Below, piece after piece: positions 47,001 through 58,794 of a stretch of DNA of 62,000 bases. The stretch's first letter is position 1. The number at the start of each line of letters is the position of its first letter. Under the pieces are notes generated by a model, which was not told where the DNA came from, searched no databases, and saw only the letters and a list, made by a program, of their open reading frames with translations. The position numbers and the translations under genes are program-made. This stretch comes from Wallemia ichthyophaga EXF-994 (lineage: Eukaryota; Fungi; Basidiomycota): positions 82,001 to 144,000 of the forward strand of contig NW_008806280.1 in NCBI RefSeq assembly GCF_000400465.1. Reading direction: 5' to 3'.

Positions 47001-50000
47001 CCATAACTTCGCCTCGAATACTGACAAATGTGTGATCAGGTTGAGATTCATGTGTATGAGCAGATATTTCATTCTGAGAGTAAACCCGCTGAGTGGGACA
47101 TATCACGGGTCCAAGGATAGCGATAACGAAGATAGCGCAAGCACAAACAAACCAGATGATGATGTTAATAGCCAACTTTTCCCTCCATGCTTGTCTGACA
47201 TCTTGTCTTTTCATTCTACCGAACCACTTGAGGAACGGAGAAGGAACGTACCAGGTCAATAACCAACAGAAAGCAACCCATCTTTTTCTAACACCAGATT
47301 CTCTCACTTCCTCTTGCGTTTCACTATCATCATACATATCCTTTTCGTCCATCGCAGCTTTATCGGCGTCCTTGAGATTCATGTTTGAGAACATGTTTTG
47401 AGATGGTGCGTACATTTCAGTGCCGATTTGACTGTTAGTTTCATTTTCATACTTTGATTGGGGATATATATCACTACCTTCGTACCCGAAAGACTTGTGG
47501 TCGTCGCTGTACATATCGTCGTGATCTTCGTCACGCTGAACGTTGGAAACGAGTGGGAGTGCGACACTAGAGCCATCGTGGTCACGAGTGGCGAAAGGAT
47601 CTGTCATGAGCTCTGAAGCTGGTGTAGTTGGTCCCTCTTCTCCAAGTGGTGCGTATGGACCGAATGGATCTGGAGTTGCGATATAATCCGCTTCTGATTT
47701 CTGATACTTGTTGAATTGACGTTGTTCCTGCTCGTCATAAGAGCGAATGTGATCTTCGAGATGTCGGAAGACGTTGTGAGTTATGAATACCTGTGGGTTT
47801 ACGTTAAGATGAACACTTTGTTTTTTTCTATTAAAAATCACTTACCTTATATGTACCAACGGCTAGCTCGCGCTCTGTCCATGACATCTTTTCGCGCATG
47901 TTAAGGATCTTATGCACAGTATCTCCCTGCATAATATCCATCTCGTTGAGTTCATCACCGTAACTCTCCACGAATTCATCATGCGTCATATTGATTGCCC
48001 ATTCGGCTACAGCAGACCGTCTTGCCACGGCTGGTATACCCGATGAACGAATTTGCGCCTTGACATGACGTGCCTCGAGCTGATTAGGCAGCTGGGTATC
48101 GTTGGGTGACAGGCAGAAGACGTACCATGGATAACAGTCCTCAAGCGTATCAAACAGAACATCAGCAGCATTCCTAAACTCTGTTGCTACACATGTGTTT
48201 GTTTCAGTTGAAGATTGGTGATCGACGACTTGGTCTTCTGGCATGTCTGGCAATTCAGGTTCATTATTTCCACGTCTCAAAGAAGGACCAGTCCGTCTTG
48301 TCGATGGTCTACGCCTTGGACCTACTGACTGTTGAGCGGCAACGAGAGTAGCTTCTGACTTTGGATGGAATTGCGTACTGATTGCATTGGATGTGAAAAG
48401 AGACTTGACGAATGGATTTTCCGATCCGTTTGTTGTCTTGTCATTGGTGACTCCACCTTTGAAAAGCGAAACGAAATCAGGATTAAGATTGTCGGTGTTC
48501 TTCTCAATCCAATTCTCGGCTGAGTAGGTGACGGTACCAGCGTAGTGGTTGATGGAGAATGTAGGATAACCAGACCGATCTGGTGGCGCCGTCTTGAATT
48601 TATTATTGTTACCCCAGCGTTTATTAAATGCTTCAACCATCGTATTGTCATTCTTCTTTGGCGCACGCTTAGCTTGGTCGTCCATTATATGAATTAAGCC
48701 ACCCTGCTTTGCACCAAGTAGACGCAAAACATCCGAATTGTCGTATTCTGAGAATGACACAGGTGGACTAATCTTACTCAATCCCTCGTGCTTGTGCTCC
48801 TCATAAGGACGAGTGAAAACATGCTGGAAAATCCAGTTTTGTAAGCGTTCATTGAGATAATTTACGCAAAATTGGTCGACAGAATTACCGCGATGACCGG
48901 TACTTGGATTGTTTTGAAAACCAGGTAGATCGAGAAAAGCAATGTAAGTTGAAAAGTCCTCTTTGCAGAGGTGTTGATTGATGTGTTCGATGATCCAGCT
49001 GAAGAGGAGAGAATAGAGGGAGCGAGCAAGGTCATCACGATTGGTAGCTGCACCGTCAACATCGAGAAAGACGGTACATACATCTTTCTTAACAAGTTTA
49101 GTGCGATATGAAAGAACACTTTCAAGTGCGTCTGGATGTACACCGAGGAACTCCGCAACAATGTCGAGTGTCTCTGTATTTCTAACTACAGCAGCATCTG
49201 GATTCCTTGCGTGGTCGATCGTGAATTCAAGGTTACCAAGGTGCAAGATTGCAGTGACGAGCTGGCAAATTTGAGCGACGTGACGCTTTGAAAATCCAGC
49301 AGCCTTGAAAGCGTTTTTGAGTTGACTGAATCTTGCAGCGTCCTCGCCATTACTAGCGCCTATCAAAGGACCGCTGCGTCTTCTGATTGCGCCTGAGGTG
49401 TAGCGATAGGCACCAAGATCCTGAAGTTTAAGATATTGGCGCTCCTCTTCACTGGCTCCAGCAGTAAGATAGTAGAAGATGTGATAGTTGCGCTCTCCTG
49501 GAGGAGGGTTTACAACTCTTGAGCGTTCAAAGTAATACTCAAGAGTTTTTGCACCGTAAAGTCTGCCACGGTCGTTGAATTGAAGTTCAGTATATTTGCC
49601 GAATCTCGAAGCATTTGCGTTGTGCAGGGTTTTTGCATTGCCAAAAGCCTCGAGGACAAACTCGGCAGAGGGAATCTGATCGCCAAGCTTGTGGCCTTTC
49701 TTGCCTGGTGGTGGGAGAGACAAATCAATAATAGTCCTTGTTGCCAGTCTTCTAAGTTCGGACTTTCCAGAGCCCGTTTCACCGCTTTTATAGGGTTAGA
49801 CGGGCAAGCGGGGAGACAGCAACTCACTTTAAAATGATATTATTATCTTTCGAGCTTCTGCGCATGTAATAGTAAGCGTCTGCAGCGATTTGGAAGATGT
49901 GAGGTGGTAGTCTTGTGCTATTATCAGTCTGCCTGTACTCGAGTGCGTAGTCGTGCAGGACTTTATCAGAATTAGCGGGGAGGTATTTAAGAGGGTTCAA

Positions 50001-50129
50001 GGCGACGAGCGAGGACGTTCCCAGTCGCGTATAGATCTGGTCTTCGAGGAAGCGATCTCGCAAATAGCTGAGCACAGCTTCGTCAGACGTATCCCGTAGC
50101 TTTGATATATCGTCCATGGTCGTGGACAT
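44085..50129 (-). CDS. mcs1: Class V chitin synthase with myosin-17 motor domain, cytochrome-b5-like domain and DEK-C domain
   Basis: P-loop GETGSGKS (across an intron), [10 protein letters not shown] and FLDLPGF in the motor. GT2 motifs [19 protein letters not shown] and QRRRW. C-terminal DEK-C segment [10 protein letters not shown]. Confidence 0.95.
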
Positions 50130-50294
50130 GGTCGTCTTATCGATAAAAGCGCTTTTGCTAATCTGGCACTTGCGTCTTTGGCTGAAATCAAGAGGCTGTT
50201 CGAAGCCAAAAGGTTACGTAGGACATTCCAGTTGGAAATTTTTTTAGATTAGATTAAGTACAGGTATATAGGCGGAGGTGTATTATTCATTTGG

Positions 50295-51340
50295 TCACGT
50301 GCTGGAGCTGGCTCTGCCTCCAAATGCAGGATTCGGTTCGTCCTTTGTCTTGGTAAGCGACGCAGGCAGAAAGATAGCTTACGACGCACCTTCCTTATGG
50401 AGATTTTGATTCCCTGAGCGGCAAAGCACTGCAGCATGTGAGAGGAAGCCTGAATGGTATAAATTGATTACCTTTGACAGCGCAGTGCTGGACGTCATCC
50501 CCGGGAACCTGACACATGTAAGTGACGTGAAATTGAGCAATGAAACGCACTTCTTGGGCGAATAGACATGGAATTCGTTTGACATTGTTTGGGCTACGAT
50601 TGTCCTATTTTTATGTCCCACTATCAGCCTGGATTTGTGAGAAGATAAGACAGCGACAATATCCAACTCACGCTGCGATGTCCACAAGGCTAAACTGCAA
50701 CCTGAAGCTGTGTAAAGTCAACTTTGTGATTATATAATGCTCAGTACACAGCACTCACACGCCCTCCACGCGCACCGACAAATCCTAAGTTGAGTTAGAA
50801 ATGCACTAGCAGCTGACATGGACTGCACCTGGAAACAAAAAAAGATGCCGGGGTTGTTGTTGGTGTCCCTGAGCCTCATTCCCTCGGCTGTGAGGCTGCC
50901 GAGGAGATTCCGAATCGGAGTCTCTGAAGAGGTGTTTTGGTGGTGCGTGTTGGCGACTTGAGTGGCTGTGGATGAATTGAATACGTATGCACAAGATCGT
51001 AAGCCTTCAGAATCGAATATCTTGACCTGCACGAGCAAATGTTGTGGCGTGATGTCCCTGTCTGGCGTTAACTCGGAATCAAAGGAGGAGCTACGCACTG
51101 ATCAGGTATCTCAACCTCTGTGCCGCTCTCTAAAGTCTCGAAAGCCCGAACTTGGAGTACAGGCGGCGGATCTATCGGTCTCCTGTCCTTTTCGCCAAAG
51201 CCACACAATCTAGAGCGTATAGGCTGCTGTAAGATGTCTAGTGTGAATCTGATTGCATTGTTAGGCTTTAAATCTACTGGGTGCCCTGCTTACCGCACAG
51301 ATTTGCCTGCGAATTGACCATGACTGAAATTGTGCGTCAT
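50295..51340 (-). CDS. Velvet-domain transcription factor (VelB/VosA-like), about 230 aa with 8 introns
   Basis: Hand-spliced model reads LQQPIRSRLCGFGEKDRRPIDPPP, RNLLGSL, PGIFFCFQDLSVRVEGVFRLQF, FHVYSPKKFPGMTSSTALSKCFAAQGIKISIRK. Confidence 0.9.
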
Positions 51341-51625
51341 CGTCGACTTGAAAGCTTTAACAGCCACCGGATAAATGCATTTAAAATTATTTGCGTGGGA
51401 GATATTGTTTGCTGTTTGTATCGCCCTCCTCGCTGTCTTTAGATCTGCAGATCTTACTCGGAAGCATATACATTTCCTCAATCTGAAGATGAATAAAATC
51501 TAATTTACATATTTGGGCCATTCTTGTCATCAGAGAAATTCCATTTTATGCCCTGTACATCTTACTTTATCCCTTAACAACTCCCATCGAGGTTGACACA
51601 GCGCACTCCCACACGCTGAGCATTG

Positions 51626-51636
51626 CGGAAGAACGG
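51626..51636 (+). promoter_or_regulatory. CSRE-like Zn2Cys6 site CGGAAGAACGG in the velvet/ICL1 divergent promoter
   Basis: Matches CGG-N3-AAYGG and is 9/11 identical to the yeast ICL1 CSRE CGGATGAATGG as I recall it. Confidence 0.45.
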
Positions 51637-51766
51637 AGCACCGAAGATGTGGATTATCGGGAACTATCGCCTATCGAGTCATTAGCCTTCTCGGAACGAT
51701 TAGGAAATGGCATCATCACACATACACAGCTGATCACTCGGCATTTCTCTTTCTCTAACAGCGAAC

Positions 51767-53629
51767 ATGACAGCAAAAGAAGATAATGAATTTAATAAAG
51801 AAGTAAAGGAGTTGGAATCCTTCTTCAGCGTGTGTTATTTCTTTGATATCCCTGATTGGATTCCTAACGTCACACGCAGCTTCCACGCTTCAAAAATACA
51901 GTCAGGCCGTACGCGGCAGCGCAGGTGGTCAGCAAGCGCGGCACAATCACCCACCACTACCCTTCTGATCTTCTCGCAAAGAAGCTGTGGACAATCCTCG
52001 AGCAGAAAGCTAAGAGGGGCGATACGAGCCACACGTACGGTGCACTCGATCCAGTCCAAGTCACTCAAATGGCGAAATACCTCGAAACAGTTTATGTTAG
52101 TGGCTGGCAGTCCTCGTCCACTGCTTCCTCGACCAATGAGCCCGGTCCCGATCTCGCCGATGTGGGTGGCAGCTTTCTTAATACTCCCTCTTTACTAACC
52201 CATATAGTACCCGTACGACACCGTTCCTCGCAAGGTTGAGCACCTCTTCCAAGCGCAGCTCTTCCACGACAGGAAACAGAGACACCAGCGCAGCTTAACC
52301 TCAGCCAGCGAGCGCGGTCCGGCTGTTGACTATCTACGCCCTATAGTTGCAGACGCAGACACTGGCCACGGTGGTCTTTCAGCGACTATGAAATTGGCAA
52401 AGCTTTTTGTTGAGAAGGGTGCAGCTGGTATTCACATCGAAGACCAGGCTCCTGGAACCAAGAAATGTGGCCACATGGCAGGTAAAGTTTTGGTGTCAAT
52501 CCAGGAACAGATAAATCGTCTTATCGCCATCAGATTCCAGTTTGACATTATGGGCGTAACAAACCTCATCGTCTCGCGCACAGACTCTGAAGCTGCGACT
52601 TTGATTACCACCAATGTAGATGATCGTGATCACGCATTTATCCTTGGTGCCACCAATCCAAGTATCGGCTCCCTCGTAGATGTCATGCGTCAGGCCGAGC
52701 TGGCAGGTGCCATTGGTCCTGCTCTCGAGAAAGTCGAGAGTGATTGGGCTGCTCAAGCTGGATTAAAGAAGTACAGCGAGGCGCTTGCTGACGCACTTCG
52801 CCAGAACAACATTAACGAGAGAGTCATTAAAAATTTCTTGAACGAAGCACATTTCGCAAGTCGTCATAAAACCACTCAGCTCGCTCAAAAGGCAGGTCTT
52901 CCAACTACGGTTAGCGTCTTCTGGGATTGGGATGCTCCGCGTACACGTGAAGGCTACTACCGCTACCAGGGCGGCACACAGTGTGCGGTGAACAGAGCCA
53001 TAGCGTTTGCACCTTACTGCGATTTAATATGGATGGAGGTGAGTTAATTGGTTAGCAAAGAAGCCTTGCTAACGCTATACTCTAGACGAAAGACCCTAAG
53101 CTCGCACGGGCAAAAGAGTTCGCATCTGGCGTTAAAGCCGCTTATCCAGATCAATGGCTGGCTTATAACCTCTCTCCATCGTTCAATTGGGATGCCGCTG
53201 GTCTGAGCCCACGTGAAATGCAGGCCTTTGTTTGGGAGTTGGGTAAATTAGGTTACGTTTGGCAGTTTATCACTCTCGGCGGTCTTCATTCAAATGCTTA
53301 CATTTCAGACAACTTTGCAAAGCACTTTGCTACAGAGGGTATGAAAGCCTATGTAGAACAGATCCAAAGAAAGGAGCGTGAAATAGGGTGTGACGTTCTT
53401 ACTCACCAGAAGTGGTCAGGTGCTGAATATGTGAGTTTTGTTTCACGCAATGAGGTGTCCTTACAATTTCAACTCAGATCGACGACCTTCTCTCGACTAT
53501 TCAGGGTGGTGTTTCATCAACTGCTAGTATGGGCAAGGGTAACACTGAAGCACAGTGAGTAGTGTTAATCCTCACTTGTCAGCGAAGCAGCTAATATGAC
53601 GCAGATTCGCATTACCAGCTAAATTGTAG
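51767..53629 (+). CDS. ICL1: Isocitrate lyase with C-terminal PTS1 (-AKL), multi-exon
   Basis: Motifs [21 protein letters not shown], catalytic [19 protein letters not shown] and THQKWSGA. The last exon gives QFALPAKL*. Confidence 0.97.
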
Positions 53630-53738
53630 CTGCTGACCAAGGGCTGACTGTAACGAAATGACTTATTCCTATTCTTTCATTATATATCTTTGTAAAAAAA
53701 AGTACATGATTCTTAGTTTGTCAGAGGAAATGTAGTTG

Positions 53739-54830
53739 TCATTGTGGCAAATAACCTGCAAGCTCAGTCTGCAACCACTCCTCAAGATCTTTGTTTAGAG
53801 ATGGATCGGAAGTACGCTTATCAGCTATACCATGGCGTGCCCAAGGAATACCATACTGAATGAATCGTTAGGGAGTAAATCTTTTTAAAGCAGCTCAAAG
53901 CTTACTAAACCTTCTGTGTCTTTTTCCACAGTGCCAAGATACAGCTGAGTGAGCGAGCCTAGGCTGCTTGGATAGAGTATAAAGCTAGAGAAGAAGGCCT
54001 TCCAACCAGGTATACGCGTGTGTCTCCATAGCTCTGTTTGCAGTATACCGGGATGACAGCTGCTATGACTGACATTTACTTGCTGCTTGTTTAAGATATT
54101 GCTTATGACGGTATTACCAATTTTAGAATAACCGTACAAATCCCAAGTATTGATATTTGTGCTCCGTCTCAGATGGCCATCCTTAAGCAGATGGAAATCG
54201 ATACCTGTTTCATGTATGAAAAATGATTGCATAGCCGAAGAAGTGTGCACGACGCGCGCTTTTTCATTACGATAGTTGTTCTTGCTATAGTTGTCTAACG
54301 CAGGGTGGAGAAGAGTAGCGAGGAGATAGTGGGACATGACGTTAGTCTGAAACTGAATATCATAGCCTTGTTTGCTGAGCAGCTCGACTGGGGCAGCCAT
54401 GATTCCAGCATTGCAGAACAAAGCAGCTAGTTGAGTTTCTTTGTGCAAAAATTCGTGAGCTGCATTATTAACGGAATCGAAATCCGAAAGGTCAACAAGA
54501 AAGGGTTGGGCTGTCTTGCCAGTTTCATTGCGCAATTCATCAATCACGCTTTCGATCTTGGATTTATTCCTGCCACCGATGTAAACGTCGGCGTTATGGT
54601 GGAGTAGCGCGCGTGCAGTATCCTTGCCTATACCTGAAGAAGCGCCTGTTACTGTATATTGTAAAATTAGTAGTACTCATGGTTTAATACGCGCTAGACT
54701 GACCGATGATAGTCTTGTCGGTGAGATCGGGGATATCAGCATCTGTCCAAGTGGGCGATGGCGGGAATGTTTGTGTGTATAGATTGAATAAACCGCGTGG
54801 TAGCGTCGATGAGAGTATCCAGTCAAGCAT
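53739..54830 (-). CDS. Short-chain dehydrogenase/reductase (retinol dehydrogenase-like), two introns
   Basis: IPDLTDKTII|VTGASSGIG, CNAGIM, catalytic YGYSK, HPGILQTEL and YGIPWAR. Confidence 0.92.
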
Positions 54831-54999
54831 CCTGCCAATTGCGTCTGATGATCGTTGGTAAGGACAAATAGAGAATCTATTAAAGCGTGAGCGTGTGAAT
54901 TACTCATATATCACTGATATTTATACACATCTCAATAAAAATTTACACTTCACGGAAATCTGAAGTCAAGAAGACAGATCTCATCAAGATACGCTCAAC

Positions 55000-57900
55000 A
55001 TGTCCACATTAGAGTTATACTGGCCTCTAGCGTCTAATAAAACATCAGAGCGACTTCAAGCCAGCTCAGACCTGATAAATTTATTGAACAAATTCCAACA
55101 AGATTTTAAGCCTGCAGATGAAGATAGGGATGGCGAGGAGAGCGATCACAGCGAGCCCAGCGATCAAGAAGAAGACACTGTTGATAAAAACCAGAAATCT
55201 GTTATCAAACGTATTGAAAAGTGGATTGAGAAGCATCACGCTCCAGATGTTTCATATGCAATCAAACGATTGATTAGAGGTTTGGCTTCACCAAGGGAAT
55301 CATCTAGATTGGGATTCGCTGTGACACTTACGCAGGTGAGAATTCTTTCATTTCCCCGAATAATCCTATTCACCCTCCTCAGCTTCTCTCAAATCTGCCT
55401 TTGCTCACCGTCGCGCATGTACTTCCGTTGATTAAGCACCACACTACCCCAGTTGGAAACGTTAAAGGCTCAGAAGAGAGAGACCTCATCTTTGGTAGAT
55501 TGTTTGGTATACAGGCAATCATCGAATCTGGTTTGATTAGCAGATCGACAACGACGCCGGATGATTTCAAGGAAACGATTAGAAATGTGACAGACCTTGG
55601 TAAGAATAAGGTCTGGTTGAAGGAGGCTACAGGATGGACTACCCTTAATGGCTTAAAAGAAGTCACCGAGAAGAATGTCAGCTGGTTGAACCAAGCAATC
55701 ACCAATTCACTCGATATTCTTTTTACTGGTGACGAGAAAGAAATTTGGGGTCCTGAGAAAGTTGGTATTCTTCTCTGGTTACAGTCAACGCATAGCGTAA
55801 GTTTGTCTGTTTCATTTGTTTCATGTTAACATGAGTCTAGGATATCGATTATTCTGAATACGTACAACCTATCTTCAAAAACCCTTTGCCTCTTGCTCCT
55901 CAAAATCTATCTGTTCTCGCTCGTATTCTTAGAGAAACTTCTATCGATGCAGAGAAGGCTACTTCCGGTTCAGGCGTATGGAAACCACAATTACACTGGG
56001 TCTGGCCTCAAATTCTCGACATATACTTCACTAGTGATAACCAAGCTTTCAAACCGCGCGCTTCATTCCAAGACTTCTATAGAATATGCATTGACGAATC
56101 ATTATTCCAAACCAACGCATCACCTCAGCGCAAATACTGGGGCTTTTCAGTCTTCGCTTTGGCCTTGCCACGCCTCACCAATGAGGACCTTGGTGCATTA
56201 TTCACTCCCAACTTCATGCGTACATGGATCAACAACCTTCGCGGTGAAGACAGAGTGTTGCACAAGGCTGCACTGAGAATAGCACAAGATCTGCAACCAC
56301 TCATCGCTCAGAATCCAAAGCTGGGATTACCTCTGATCTTGCAGCTCCTTGGCAAGCATGGCAGTGCAAACTTTGACAAATTGACGGGAACCAAGACTGT
56401 AGCCAACATTTTGTCATCCATGACTACTGACGGTGTCAGTGAGTATGTTGGATACTTGCGCTCATTTATTCAAGGCGAAACGAGCGATGTTAAGCAGCGC
56501 AAATGGGCTTTAGATCAATTACTTTCCCTTATTCGAAACTCTCAAATACCGCATGACGACGAGTGGGTTTGGAGTGCATTGGAGTGCTTCGTACTCAATG
56601 GTATCTTTGTTCCTCGCAAGCCGTCATCTAAATCAAAGCATGACGTACTCAAAAACCCACCACAACCTCCACTTTCAGACACGGATAGAGCTGCTGCTCG
56701 TTCACACCTTTTATCATCTCTTGCAGAACTCTCAAAAACACCAGACAGCAAGAAGCAACTGGGTGTAGACAAGAATGGTGATTTATGGGTGAAAAGAGTA
56801 TATGACTTTATTCAAAGTATTGAAAGCGAAAAGAACGTCATTACTGCTGTTCAATATGAGGAGGAAGTTTTAATAGCACGTAAAACCGCACTTGACAGTT
56901 TCAGCAATGTTAACAAGAAAGGCAAAGCACCTGAAACTCGTCACCACGCCTTTAGTCTATTGTTACTCAGTGTAGTACTCCAATCATACGATAACATGGA
57001 AGGTATATCGGATGTCCTTGACGAGTTGGCCAGTGCATCTTCCATGCTCTTCACCGTCAAGTCACCAAAGAAGAACAATAGTAAGCAACAAGAAAATGAA
57101 GATGGCGAGGAACCATCAGCAATGGCTGTTCTTGTCGATGTGCTTGTCTCTTTGCTTGAACGCTCATCATCATTTTTGCGCACAATGGCTATCAACGCAT
57201 TCACTGCATTCACACCAGAAGTCGACGAAGAGGCTTTGGATATGATTATCGCTCAGCTCTCCTCACAACCTGATGGTGAAGGTGAAGGTGAAGACGGTGA
57301 AGAGGAGAATGAAGAGATGGGAGACGATGAAAAAGGGGAGGAAGGGGAAGAAAGTGACTCTGAAAACGCTAAAGATGCTCAAGATGAAGTGGCTTCGGAT
57401 GTGAGTGACGACGATAAAGAGGACGACATCAACGAAGCTGTTGATCCAGAATTCGAACGCAAGTTGGCCAAAGCACTAGGTCAGCCAGTGTCAGACGATG
57501 AGGATGAAGAGATGGTTGATGAAGATGAAGATGGTGACGCTGTTGACAATGTTGACAACATGACGGATGAGCAGATGATGATGTTGGATGAGCAGCTGGC
57601 TGAGATATTTAAATCTAGAGTCGGCGATAAGAAGGCGAAGGAAGGGGCACAACGTGAAGCTCAACATACCAAGAACAGGCTCATAGATTTATTGGATGTT
57701 TACGCCAAGAAGCAGTCTTCAAATGCGTTGGTATTGAAGTTGATTATTCCGCTGGTAGAGATAATTGTCAATTCTGGTGCAACTGAGCAGCAGTTATCGT
57801 CCAAGTCCTCGGCTATTCTGAGACAACGTCTCACTAAATCGAAGGATATTCCAACAACAAACATCAACGAAGATGACTTGCTGGTCATATTCGAAGAAAT

Positions 57901-58688
57901 GCACAACGTCGCAAAGAAGTCAAGGACGAATGAGATTCTATCACTATGCAACCAATTGTCGCTGTACTTGTTCAGGATCATCACTTTCAATTATAGTGGC
58001 GCAGTTGCTGAATCGAAAGCCAAAGAAGTTTACATCTCAAGCTGGCAAGATTTCAGTAATAGAAAACACACAAAATTGAATCCAAGCGTGTTCACTGATT
58101 ATATACGCCGCTATCCAACCCAGTCGCTTAGTCTGCTTGATGAACTAGTTCAGACTGTCGTCGATGGCAAAGCTACAAATGCATATAGACAAATCCAAGC
58201 GTTGACGATGCTTCAAACCCTCTTTGGTCAACATAAGCAGTTGGTAAGTATTTTAATCAACGCTACTACTTTACTAACAGCTTCTTAAGATGGATGCTGG
58301 TAAGAAAGACGACATACTCGCATCAATTCCAAAGATCAGACAGGGCATATACTCATTCATCGCCACATCTTGCGAGTCAAAGGATAAGACAAACGCAAGC
58401 AAGCTGAAGGATGTCCTCAAGTCTGCACTGGCTTTGGTAAGGGTACACAAGAAGATAACGGATGAAAAAATAGAAGACGAATGGGATTTGACGACATTGC
58501 AGTCAATCGTCACCACCTTGGGCTCAATTGATAAGTTCAAGGGCGTGCAATCTCTAGCACAGCAACTGAGTGCTTTGATAACTCAATCAACATCCACCTC
58601 CAAAACTTCATCCAAGAAACGTAAGTCAAGCGGTAATGGCACGACTGAGCCGGAGCAGTCTGTCAAGAAGAACAAACAGAAACAGTAA
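55000..58688 (+). CDS. POL5: Pol5/MYBBP1A nucleolar rRNA biogenesis factor ('DNA polymerase phi'), several introns
   Basis: Motifs YAIKRLIRGLASPRESSRLGF, ERDLIFGRLFG, RKYWGFSVF, FMRTWINNL and MMMLDEQLAEIF, with a basic C-terminal NLS. Confidence 0.93.
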
Positions 58689-58794
58689 AAGTTTCATAAT
58701 AGAGAACCTGTTGGTATAAAGATATAAAATTATTAAAGTCGTAAAAAAATGTACAACTAATATTCATTATTTATCCGAGTGTCGCAATGCTGCA

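Noticed and set aside
54937-54944. AAAAATTT RRPE-like motif upstream of POL5
   Set aside because: It is a single imperfect match in AT-rich DNA and is absent from the JIP5 spacer.
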